From positions 1 to 63,660 of the forward strand of contig JACIXQ010000003.1 of the NCBI GenBank assembly GCA_014360465.1: DNA of 63,660 bases, written 5' to 3'. Origin of the DNA: a bacterium (lineage in GTDB: Bacteria > Armatimonadota > JACIXR01). Positions 30,718-39,428 of this stretch are shown here, one piece after another. The position numbers and the translations under genes are program-made. Under the pieces are notes generated by a model that ran no database searches, had not been told where the DNA came from, and saw only the letters and a list, made by a program, of their open reading frames with translations. Each line of letters opens with the position of its first letter. The first letter of the stretch is position 1.

Positions 30718-32637
30718 ATGCCACGGCACCTTGTTCTGGGTAATGGTAGAATCCTTGTTTGCTTAGACCATTTCTCCCAGTTAAAGGATTTTTACTATCC
30801 ATATATAGGTTTATTCAACCATATTATGGGGAATACTTGCAGGATAGGTGTCTGGGACGGTTCGCAAATTAGCTGGGCTGGTGATGATTGGGAAGTTGAG
30901 ACTGGTTATGAACCGTACGCTCTCATCGGATATACTCGCTGTAAACTCCCAAATGGGATTGAGATCAATTTTAAGACAGCGGTTCATCCGCTATCAAATA
31001 TCTTCCTTCGGGAAATAGAAGTTAAAAGTGATAGGGAAATAACCCTTTTCTTTCATCATAATTTTTCCATCTCCGAAACGGATGTGGGCGATACCGCGTT
31101 TTATAATCCCTTCTTGAACGCAATTATCCAATTCAAGAGAGATGTTTATATCCTTGCATCTGCGATGTCGCCCCAGGGTGGAATAGCGGAGTATTCAATT
31201 GGCACGAAGCAAGGCGATATTGGAACCTGGAAAGATGCCGAAGATGGTAAACTTTCAATGCGTTCAATAGAGCAAGGGGCTGTTGATAGCGTTTTTGCCC
31301 TCCGATTTTCGCCATTTCCCCAAAATAACAGAGCCCTTACTTGGGTTGTGGTTGGTAGTTCTCTTGGAGAAATAACGGCGCTTAACGAACTTGTCAGGGA
31401 GAAAGGAAGCGAGCTTTTGCGCGAGACTTATTCCTACTGGACTACCTGGTTGAGGGGAATTTTGCCCGATTTCCTTGATTTGCCCGATGATATAGCTGAA
31501 CTTTTCCGAAAAAGCGTTTTGATAGCAAGGACGCACATAGATAATGGAGGGGCTATCATAGCGGCAAACGATAGCGATATTATGGAAACCGCTCGGGCAC
31601 ATTATTCTTATATGTGGGGAAGGGATTCGGCTTTCACTGTTCTAAATCTTGACAAGCTCGGTTTGATAGACATAAGCAGGAGGTTTTTCCTCTTTATTAA
31701 GAAGTTGCTCCAAGGAAGTTTTCCTTTTCTCTGGCATAAATACTCTGCCGATGGCTCTCTTGGCTCCAGCTGGCATCCTTGGTTGATAGATGGTGAGAAG
31801 GAGATACCATTACAGCAAGATTCAACAGCGATAGTGATTTATGCACTTCAACAGCATTTCAAGAGATACGGAGATTTGGAATTCCTCTCCGATTTATATG
31901 AGATTGTGGTGAGAAATCCTGCGAGGTTTATGTGCCACTATATTGAGGAAGGGATGAACCTTCCGCGTCCATCCTGGGATTTATGGGAGGAAAGGAGAGG
32001 CATACATCTCTACACATCAGCGGTAACAGCGCTTTCCCTCTTCTCAGCAGCTGAATTAGCCTCCGCCATAGGTGATATTGAGAATTCCAAGCTTTTCTTC
32101 TCCGTGGGAAGACAACTCTGGTATAGCTTGAGCAAGTTCTTCAAGGGTGATAGATGTGTCCGTTCTTTTATCCCAAAATCTGATGGTTGGTTTGAGGATG
32201 ATACACCCGATGCAAGTATTTTTCTCCTTCCTCTCCTAAACATAAAGCCAATTGAGGGGGTTGACCTTGCCAGTTACCTCATAAATGTTGAGAATGCTCT
32301 ATGGGTGAAAACGCCGATTGGCGGTCTGAGCAGATACAAGGGCGATTGGTATTTCCGCCGGGTTTATGATGAAGAGAAAGTACCAGGGAATCCTTGGTAT
32401 ATATGCACTATGTGGCTTGCCGAGTGGTATATAGAACAGGCGAAGACGATTGAGGAATTAAAGCAGAGCCTAAGTTTCTTCAAGTGGGCGAAGTTACATG
32501 CTTTGCCTTCTGGAATTTTCCCAGAACAGGTTCATCCCATCACGGGAGAGCCCCTTTCGGTGGCTCCGCTCACCTGGTCACACATCTCCTTTATATCAGC
32601 TGTTCTTCATTATCTTGAGAAAAGAAAGGAGGTTTAA
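30718..32637 (+). CDS. Glycoside hydrolase family 15 (glucoamylase-like)
   Basis: GAIIAA; YSYMWGRD; QQDSTA; WDLWEE; RY.GD.Y; FPEQV..PLTWSH. Confidence 0.9.
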   Translation: MPRHLVLGNGRILVCLDHFSQLKDFYYPYIGLFNHIMGNTCRIGVWDGSQISWAGDDWEVETGYEPYALIGYTRCKLPNGIEINFKTAVHPLSNIFLREIEVKSDREITLFFHHNFSISETDVGDTAFYNPFLNAIIQFKRDVYILASAMSPQGGIAEYSIGTKQGDIGTWKDAEDGKLSMRSIEQGAVDSVFALRFSPFPQNNRALTWVVVGSSLGEITALNELVREKGSELLRETYSYWTTWLRGILPDFLDLPDDIAELFRKSVLIARTHIDNGGAIIAANDSDIMETARAHYSYMWGRDSAFTVLNLDKLGLIDISRRFFLFIKKLLQGSFPFLWHKYSADGSLGSSWHPWLIDGEKEIPLQQDSTAIVIYALQQHFKRYGDLEFLSDLYEIVVRNPARFMCHYIEEGMNLPRPSWDLWEERRGIHLYTSAVTALSLFSAAELASAIGDIENSKLFFSVGRQLWYSLSKFFKGDRCVRSFIPKSDGWFEDDTPDASIFLLPLLNIKPIEGVDLASYLINVENALWVKTPIGGLSRYKGDWYFRRVYDEEKVPGNPWYICTMWLAEWYIEQAKTIEELKQSLSFFKWAKLHALPSGIFPEQVHPITGEPLSVAPLTWSHISFISAVLHYLEKRKEV

Positions 32638-32638
32638 G

Positions 32639-32884
32639 ATGAATCCTCATAAAATAGCGAGCTCGACGGTTGGGCTCATTGTCTTTGTCGTAGGAATAGG
32701 ACTTCTGATATATACCTTTGCCCTTGCTTTTTCCTCTCTTTCCCATCCAATCACCTTCACCCAACCCGCGGAGGTCACCAGTTACCTTCTCGGGCTTTTA
32801 AAGAGCATTGCCTATCTGTTGGTTATGGGGCTCTGTGCAACTTTGGTGGCGGTTATGGGTTTGAAGATGTTTCACAGCGGTTAA
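32639..32884 (+). CDS. Small two-TM membrane protein (81 aa)
   Basis: GGAGG SD and ATG directly after the GH15 stop; two hydrophobic segments. Confidence 0.6.
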   Translation: MNPHKIASSTVGLIVFVVGIGLLIYTFALAFSSLSHPITFTQPAEVTSYLLGLLKSIAYLLVMGLCATLVAVMGLKMFHSG

Positions 32885-33815
32885 CAGCCTGGTAAAGGTG
32901 ATATGAAACCTCTTTTGTTTTTCTTCTCAATTCTTCTATATCAACCCGAACAATCTTTTCATCTCTCCAGCCAATCATTATAGCGCTTTCACCTTGTTCT
33001 AAAGCTCTCACTGCTTCCTCTGATAGAGCCTTTGCCAGAAATCTGTCTTTATAAGAGGGGCTTCCTCCCCTTTGGGCGTGACCTATAGCTGTAAGGCGGA
33101 CTCTGATTCCCAATTTCTTTTCCAATGTATCTGCAATCTTATAACCTCCCACTCCCTCCGCGACGACGCAGATAGCCCAGCCTCTTTTTGAAGCCTTTTC
33201 TTCCATCTTTTTAACGAGCATTTCTTCATCAAATGGTATCTCGGGAATGCAGACAAAATCAGCTCCTCCAGAATATGCCACGGCAACTGCTATGTGCCCC
33301 GTTCTCCCTCCTAAGGTTTCAAGGACGAACAACCGCTCGGGAAGTGCAAGTGCTGTATCCTTGATAGAGTCAAGCAACTGCAATGCCTTATTGCAGGCAG
33401 AATCAAATCCAATGCTCTGAGTCAATGGAACATCGTCGTCTATTGTGCAGGGGATACCCACTGTGGGAATGCCAAGTTCACAAAGAAAGGGAACACCATC
33501 CCGCATAGAGCCATCTCCACCAAGGACGATTACTCCCTTTATCTTGTTATCCTTTATATGGTGTAGAATTGCTATTTTCCCATTTGGGGTGGCGAAGTCT
33601 CTGCTTCTTGAGGTTCGCAGAATCGTTCCGCCGAATCTTCCGATTCCCTCTACCTTACCTTCCAGAGATATTATCTCTCCCCTTGCCAGACCGCTGAAGC
33701 CCCCGATGATTCCGAGCAAATCTTCGCCATCTTCTCTCGCTTTTTTGAAGGCAAACTCTATGCAGGCGTTCATGCCGGGCGAATCTCCGCCTGAGCAAAG
33801 TATGGCATAGGGCAT
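32853..33815 (-). CDS. pfkA: Divergent 6-phosphofructokinase (PfkA family)
   Basis: SGGDSPGMNA; GGT.L.TSR; GGDGS; TIDDD; VAEG; GHAQRGG. Start 33815 follows a GGAGG SD. Confidence 0.85.
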   Translation of the reverse strand: MPYAILCSGGDSPGMNACIEFAFKKAREDGEDLLGIIGGFSGLARGEIISLEGKVEGIGRFGGTILRTSRSRDFATPNGKIAILHHIKDNKIKGVIVLGGDGSMRDGVPFLCELGIPTVGIPCTIDDDVPLTQSIGFDSACNKALQLLDSIKDTALALPERLFVLETLGGRTGHIAVAVAYSGGADFVCIPEIPFDEEMLVKKMEEKASKRGWAICVVAEGVGGYKIADTLEKKLGIRVRLTAIGHAQRGGSPSYKDRFLAKALSEEAVRALEQGESAIMIGWRDEKIVRVDIEELRRKTKEVSYHLYQAVNRCETSSNP

Positions 33816-33816
33816 A

Positions 33817-35193
33817 TCATCGCCTCCCGGAAGGTTGATACTGGAAAAGGTACGAAACAAGGTCCTCGCCCACGAGAGCGAAATCCTTTCTTTCCAAAAG
33901 AACCTTGCTAAGTGTTGTGTTTTTGTCAAGAAGAAGAAGCTTGATTTGATATTTTTTCAACAAAGCAAGCCAATTGCTATTTACATTGAGAATATCAAGG
34001 AGGTCATTCAAGATTCTCTTCCTTTTGTAAACTTCCGCCCTGCCATCTATAAAAACTTTCTTTTTGGGGTAGCAATTGTAGATTAGATAGCCACCCCATT
34101 TGTATTCGTTCAAGATATTTCCTTCCAATTTTACGATTTTCTTCACATTGTTGAGAGGGAAGAAATGATCTGTGTATTGGACGAAAACGCTGAACATATC
34201 ATCGTATGCAGGTAGGGAGGCAACCTGGAAAAGGGAAAGGATGAAGGGAAAAAGTAGAGTTATTGGTTTTGTTATTCTACCGAGCCTTTCCTCCAGAGCA
34301 GAGGAGACATCTTTCAAATTGAAGATCATCAATGGAGCGGCGAGAATGGAGAAAATTGGGATATGGCGGACTGCCTGAAGGGCGAAATGGAGTAGGATTA
34401 CCCCAAGTGCGAGGTCAATCGCTCTGATTTTAGGTGCGAAGAGGAAAGAGAAGAAAAAGGTGAAAATGAGAACCTCAAACGGTAGAATATCAATACGGTG
34501 AAAATTGGGTGAGAGCCATTCTATTATCACATCCTGCACTTCTTTCCAGCCGATAAGCTCAACAGCGTGTTGGTAAAGGTGCCAACCATTGGGGTTGATG
34601 AATGTAAATAAGAAGGAGAGGAGGAATACCAAAATCCATCGGTTCCTGTCACTTTCTTTCTGCCATACTGCCTCTCCAGTCCAGAGGAGGAGAACAAAAA
34701 GTCCCAAGATGAAGCCGCTGTGCAGGTTGCACCAGAGGAGGAATAGGGGAGGGATGAAATGAAGTTTTTTTCTATAAAGTAGAAGCAAGAGAAGGGCGAA
34801 GAATAGATAGGAGAAAATTTGGGGACGGACATCGAAGAAGTCACGAGAGGCAGTAGCGGCTAAGAGAAGGATGAGAAGCGGCAGTAGGGCGACTTGGTCG
34901 ATTGTGAGAATGGAGAGTATTAGGAAGGTAAGGGCTATGATTATTCCCTTGAATATGACGAGAAGATTTGGGTCAATCTTATGGATGAGATAGAAGATTA
35001 CATCGGAAAGCCACTCGTGGACAACCCATTTTTCACCCGCAGCGGTGTAGGAGAAGATATCCTGGTGAGGAATGCCCTGTTTAAGGATAACCTCTCCCGT
35101 CTTAATCTGCCAGAAGGTATCAACGCCTGGTATAAGCGTAAAGGATAAAAGAAAGAAAAGGATAAAAAGAAGAGCGAAAAGGACGACTTTCAC
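33817..35193 (-). CDS. Polytopic membrane protein, putative GT-C-fold glycosyltransferase
   Basis: About 10 TM segments; luminal DTFWQ...D.FSYT...W..HEWL loop; RPQ.FS; NLH.G; YKWGGYL and FIDGR in the C-terminal soluble domain. Confidence 0.55.
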   Translation of the reverse strand: MKVVLFALLFILFFLLSFTLIPGVDTFWQIKTGEVILKQGIPHQDIFSYTAAGEKWVVHEWLSDVIFYLIHKIDPNLLVIFKGIIIALTFLILSILTIDQVALLPLLILLLAATASRDFFDVRPQIFSYLFFALLLLLLYRKKLHFIPPLFLLWCNLHSGFILGLFVLLLWTGEAVWQKESDRNRWILVFLLSFLFTFINPNGWHLYQHAVELIGWKEVQDVIIEWLSPNFHRIDILPFEVLIFTFFFSFLFAPKIRAIDLALGVILLHFALQAVRHIPIFSILAAPLMIFNLKDVSSALEERLGRITKPITLLFPFILSLFQVASLPAYDDMFSVFVQYTDHFFPLNNVKKIVKLEGNILNEYKWGGYLIYNCYPKKKVFIDGRAEVYKRKRILNDLLDILNVNSNWLALLKKYQIKLLLLDKNTTLSKVLLERKDFALVGEDLVSYLFQYQPSGRR

Positions 35194-35216
35194 CTTTGCA
35201 GTGTAGGCTCCTTTTT

Positions 35217-36425
35217 TCAGCGTATTATGGTTGCCATCTTAAAAAGTGGGAGATAAACAGAGGCGGCGACGAAGCCACCGACTACAGCGAGGAAGACGAT
35301 AATCAAGGGCTCCAAAAGCGATAAGAGGGCTTTTATAGACCTGTCAACTTCCTCGTCATAGAATAGCGCGACTTGTTCAACCATCTCGGGCAGGTTACCA
35401 GCTTCCTCGCCTGTATCCACCATTTGAACAACCAAGGGAGGGAAAATGTCGTAGTTCATCATTGGAGCTGAAAGTTTATAACCATCTCTGACATTTTCCC
35501 TGATCACGGTTAAAGCGGCAGCAAACACGCTGTTTCCAACAACATCACGGACTATCTCAAGAGAGCGCAGGATTGGGACGCCAGCGGAGAGGAGCGTGGC
35601 GAAGGTGCGGGCGAAGCGCGAGAGGGCCATTTTCTGGACTAAGGGACCGAAAAGAGGAAGGCGTAGCTTCAGAAGGTCTATTTGATACCTTCCAGTTGGT
35701 AGTTTGCTGTAAACATAGTAGAAGAGAAAAACTCCTATGAGGAAAAGTGGTATTGCGAACCACCAGTGAAGAAGCCAGTCGGTTAAAGCCATAGCTATTT
35801 TTGTTATAGTGGGTAATTCGGCTCCCATCTCCGAGAAAAGCCCCTTGAAAGTTGGCATAACGAAGAAGAAGAGCACGATCAGAACGACGATAGCCACTGT
35901 TAAAACGAACGCAGGATAAACAAGAGCTCCTTTTATTCTTCCTTTTATAGTCATTTCATTATCAATGAAGTTAGCTATTTTCTGGAGGACATCCCCCATA
36001 TTACCAGTTGCCTCTGCTACCCTTACCATATTTACATAGAGGGAAGAGAAGATTTTGGGATGACGGGCAAGGGCATCGGCAAGGCTCATCCCACCCATTA
36101 CATCATTCCTTACTTGTTGGATTATGTCTTTTAAAATTGGATTGAGGGTTTGAGCTTTTAGGGAATCCAGGCTACGGATAATTGGCACGCCGGCACGCAG
36201 AAGTGTAGCAAATTGGCGGGTGAAAACGAGCAGGTCCCTATCGCTAACACCTCCAAACTTCAGGGAGAAGCCTTTTCGTTTAATTTCTTCTTCTTGAGCT
36301 ACATAGATTACCCTCCGATTTTCCCTTGCCAATCTCTCAATCACTTGGCTTTCAGAATCCGCCTGCAAAGTTCCCCTTACCAAATTACCGTTAGCGTCAA
36401 CTGCTTCATAGCGGAACATCGGCAT
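35217..36425 (-). CDS. pilC: Type IV pilus platform protein PilC (GspF family)
   Basis: FTRQFATLL.AGVP; YVNMV..AE..G; F.RT.ATLLSAGVP; LLEP.II. Confidence 0.95.
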   Translation of the reverse strand: MPMFRYEAVDANGNLVRGTLQADSESQVIERLARENRRVIYVAQEEEIKRKGFSLKFGGVSDRDLLVFTRQFATLLRAGVPIIRSLDSLKAQTLNPILKDIIQQVRNDVMGGMSLADALARHPKIFSSLYVNMVRVAEATGNMGDVLQKIANFIDNEMTIKGRIKGALVYPAFVLTVAIVVLIVLFFFVMPTFKGLFSEMGAELPTITKIAMALTDWLLHWWFAIPLFLIGVFLFYYVYSKLPTGRYQIDLLKLRLPLFGPLVQKMALSRFARTFATLLSAGVPILRSLEIVRDVVGNSVFAAALTVIRENVRDGYKLSAPMMNYDIFPPLVVQMVDTGEEAGNLPEMVEQVALFYDEEVDRSIKALLSLLEPLIIVFLAVVGGFVAASVYLPLFKMATIIR

Positions 36426-36427
36426 TT

Positions 36428-37543
36428 TTAAAATAGCCTCCTTTCTAAGAGTCTTTGAAGATTAGCCGGGTCTATGGAATAGGCTAACGCCTGGTCAAAC
36501 GTTATTTCTCCCTGGTTATACAATTCGGCGAGTGCCATATCCATCGTTCTCATTCCCTGACCAGTGCTCGTTTCCATAACACCATAAATTTGAAAGGTTT
36601 TCCCTTCTCTTATAAGGTTTCGCACCGCTGTTGTGGCTAACATTACCTCAACCGCGACGATTCTTCCACCCCCTACTCTTCGCAGCAATCTCTGGGAGAA
36701 AATTGCCTCTATGCAATCTGCTAACTGGGTCCTGACCTGATCCTGTTGATGGGATGGGAATAAATCTATTATGCGGTCTATGGATTGGGGAGCATTCCTC
36801 GTATGAAGGGTTGCTAAAACCAGATGCCCGGTTTCCGCTGCAGTTATAGCAATAGAGGTGGTCTCCAAGTCCCTCATTTCTCCAACCATTATTACATCTG
36901 GGTCCTCACGAAGGGCGGCTCTAAGGGCATTGGCGAATGAGATTGTATCCACTCCTACTTCTCTTTGATTAACCATAGAGCGTTTATGTCTGTGTAGGTA
37001 TTCAATAGGATTCTCAATGGTTATGATATGACAGCCTCTCGTCTCGTTTATATAATCTATTATGGCAGCGAGGGTTGTGGATTTACCAGAGCCGGTTGGT
37101 CCGGTTACAAGGACCAAACCCGAGGTCTTTTCCGCTACTTCCCTAATGACCGGTGGAAGGCGAAGTTCTTCAAAGGATGGGATTCTCTCCGGGATGACGC
37201 GAAAGGCACCCGCAATTGACCCCCTTTGTTTATATATATTTACCCTGAATCTACCAAGACCCCTAACGCCATAAGAGAAATCCAATTCCCGTTGGGTTTC
37301 AAAGGTTGTAATTTGGTCCTCCATCAGGATGTCGTAGATAAGCCGTTGGGTGTCCTGGGGTGTTAATTTAGTGAACTCAAGGGGATGTAATACTCCATCC
37401 ACTCTGATAACTGGAGGAAGACCGACAGTGATATGTAAGTCGGAGGCTTTTCTCTCAACAGTAAGCCTTAATAGGTCATCTATTGTGACTGTGGATATAT
37501 CTTGTATTTCCTCTTCCCTTTTTTCCTCATCCTGTGAATACAA
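36428..37543 (-). CDS. pilT: Type IV pilus retraction ATPase PilT
   Basis: ASDLHITVG.PP; GPTGSGKST; ALREDPDVIMVGEMRD; AIRNLIRE-like AVRNLIREGK. Confidence 0.95.
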   Translation of the reverse strand: MYSQDEEKREEEIQDISTVTIDDLLRLTVERKASDLHITVGLPPVIRVDGVLHPLEFTKLTPQDTQRLIYDILMEDQITTFETQRELDFSYGVRGLGRFRVNIYKQRGSIAGAFRVIPERIPSFEELRLPPVIREVAEKTSGLVLVTGPTGSGKSTTLAAIIDYINETRGCHIITIENPIEYLHRHKRSMVNQREVGVDTISFANALRAALREDPDVIMVGEMRDLETTSIAITAAETGHLVLATLHTRNAPQSIDRIIDLFPSHQQDQVRTQLADCIEAIFSQRLLRRVGGGRIVAVEVMLATTAVRNLIREGKTFQIYGVMETSTGQGMRTMDMALAELYNQGEITFDQALAYSIDPANLQRLLERRLF

Positions 37544-39251
37544 CTCTGATCAACTCCTCCCATGTGGTTATTCCAAGAAGGACCTTCTCAAAAGCGTCCT
37601 CTTTCAAATTCTTCATACCTCCTTTAGCGGCGGCTTCCCTAATTATATGGGCTGGAGCTCGCTTGAGGATGAGGTCTCTAATTTCGTCATCAACAACCAT
37701 AAACTCGAATATCCCTGTCCTTCCGAGGTAGCCTGTTTGGCGGCACTTTTCACAACCCTTCCCTTTATAAAAGGTTTGCACTTTATCCGTTTCTATTTGT
37801 CCTATATCCAGGCTTCTGAGAATTTCTCCCTGAACCTCATATGGTTCTTTGCAGAACGGGCATATGATTCTCACCAACCTCTGTGCCAGAACACCTATAA
37901 CGGTTGAGGCAATCAAGAAAGGTTCTATGCCCATATCCATTAGGCGGGTAACTGCGCTTGGCGCATCGTTTGTGTGAAGTGTGGAGAGAACAAGGTGTCC
38001 GGTGAGAGCCGCTTCTGTGGCAAGGAGGGCTGTCTCTTTATCTCTGATCTCACCAACCATAATTATATCTGGGTCCTGGCGCAGGATGGAGCGAAGCCCC
38101 TCAGCGAATGTGAAGCCCGCCTTATAGTTAACTTGAGCCTGAATTATACCTGGTAATTCGTATTCAACGGGGTCTTCAAGCGTGACGATGTTTTGTTCTC
38201 CCGTGTTTAGACGATTGAGAACAGAGTAGAGGGTTGTGGATTTGCCAGAACCTGTAGGTCCCGTCACAAGGATAATCCCCCACGGTTGACGGATGATTTT
38301 TTCAAATCTTTCCAAAGTTTGTGGAAGCATTCCCAGCTTATCCAATCCCCTCAGAATGCTTGATTTATCAAGAATCCTCATAACGACCTTCTCACCGAAG
38401 ACCGATGGATAAGTAGAAACGCGGAAGTCGTAGGTTTTGCCCTCAATTGCAAGGGAGAACCTTCCATCTTGCGGAAGCCGTTTCTCCGCTATGTCCATAC
38501 CGGATATAATTTTAAATCTGGAGAGGAGCGAGGGTTGGATCTCTTTAGGTAGGTTAAATGCTTCTCTAAGAACACCATCTATCCTGTATCTTATCCTCAA
38601 CTTATCGATCATAGGTTCAATATGTATATCGCTTGCCCGTTCAGAGATTGCCTGTGTTACTATTAGATTAGCCAGCCCTACAACAGGGGCTTGTTCCGCC
38701 ATTTGTTGTAGTCTTTCTGGACTGATCTCCTCTACCTCTTGGGAAACTCCTGTATCCATTCCCAATGTCTTGGCGCTGGCAAGTGCCCTCTCAACTGTCT
38801 CCTTGATGGGGATAGTCAGGGGATTGAGCTCGGAAAGAAAATGCTCTATTTCTTCTCCAACAGCCATAACCGGCTCTATATCCATTCCCGTGATCAGTCT
38901 CATTTGGTCTATGGCAAAGAAGTCCAGGGGATTCTTCATCGCCACAACGAGCCTCCCGTTGCCTTCAAGACGAATTGGTATAACTGTCAACCTATAGGCT
39001 AAATCGCGGGGCAAAAGTCGCACGACATCTTCCGTAGGTGGTGTTTCGTACAAATCCACGAAAGGGACTCCCCATAGTTTAGCAAGTAGTTGAGCTTTTT
39101 GCTTTTCCGTTATGTACCCAGCGCTTACGAGATAGTCGGGAAGTGGGAGGACTTTGTCCAACTTATTATATTCTTTCAATATCTCCTCCAGTTTCTCCTT
39201 ACTTATTAAACCTTCTTCTACCAATAAGTCCTCAAAACTTCTCCTAATCAA
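37527..39251 (-). CDS. pilB: Type IV pilus assembly ATPase PilB (GspE family)
   Basis: DIAEKRLPQDG; GPTGSGKS; LRQDPDIIMVGEIRD; CxxC...CxxC zinc motif; GRTGIFE. Confidence 0.95.
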   Translation of the reverse strand: MIRRSFEDLLVEEGLISKEKLEEILKEYNKLDKVLPLPDYLVSAGYITEKQKAQLLAKLWGVPFVDLYETPPTEDVVRLLPRDLAYRLTVIPIRLEGNGRLVVAMKNPLDFFAIDQMRLITGMDIEPVMAVGEEIEHFLSELNPLTIPIKETVERALASAKTLGMDTGVSQEVEEISPERLQQMAEQAPVVGLANLIVTQAISERASDIHIEPMIDKLRIRYRIDGVLREAFNLPKEIQPSLLSRFKIISGMDIAEKRLPQDGRFSLAIEGKTYDFRVSTYPSVFGEKVVMRILDKSSILRGLDKLGMLPQTLERFEKIIRQPWGIILVTGPTGSGKSTTLYSVLNRLNTGEQNIVTLEDPVEYELPGIIQAQVNYKAGFTFAEGLRSILRQDPDIIMVGEIRDKETALLATEAALTGHLVLSTLHTNDAPSAVTRLMDMGIEPFLIASTVIGVLAQRLVRIICPFCKEPYEVQGEILRSLDIGQIETDKVQTFYKGKGCEKCRQTGYLGRTGIFEFMVVDDEIRDLILKRAPAHIIREAAAKGGMKNLKEDAFEKVLLGITTWEELIRVVFTG

Positions 39252-39271
39252 GTTAGAACACCTCTTTACTT

Positions 39272-39299
39272 ATTTTAAAAAGCTTCGCAAAAAATGCAA
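39272..39299 (-). promoter_or_regulatory. Possible promoter for pilB-pilT-pilC
   Basis: Minus strand reads TTGCAT-16 nt-TAAAAT upstream of the pilB TTG. Confidence 0.4.
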
Positions 39300-39428
39300 T
39301 AAATGGGAAGAATTAAATTTTCTGGTTTAAACTCTCTATTGAAAGCATGCATGGAAAGAATGGAAAAACACGATTTGAACTGTATAAAAATGTTCCTCTT
39401 TTCCTGATAAAAGGAATAAATGGGACAA

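Noticed and set aside
3492-33929. Long N-terminal extensions in the ORF track (NlpC/P60 3587, rpsH 13579, rplN 17016, rplO 11446, pfkA 33929)
   Set aside because: They run into upstream genes. Downstream starts with SD sites or family-typical N-termini fit better.
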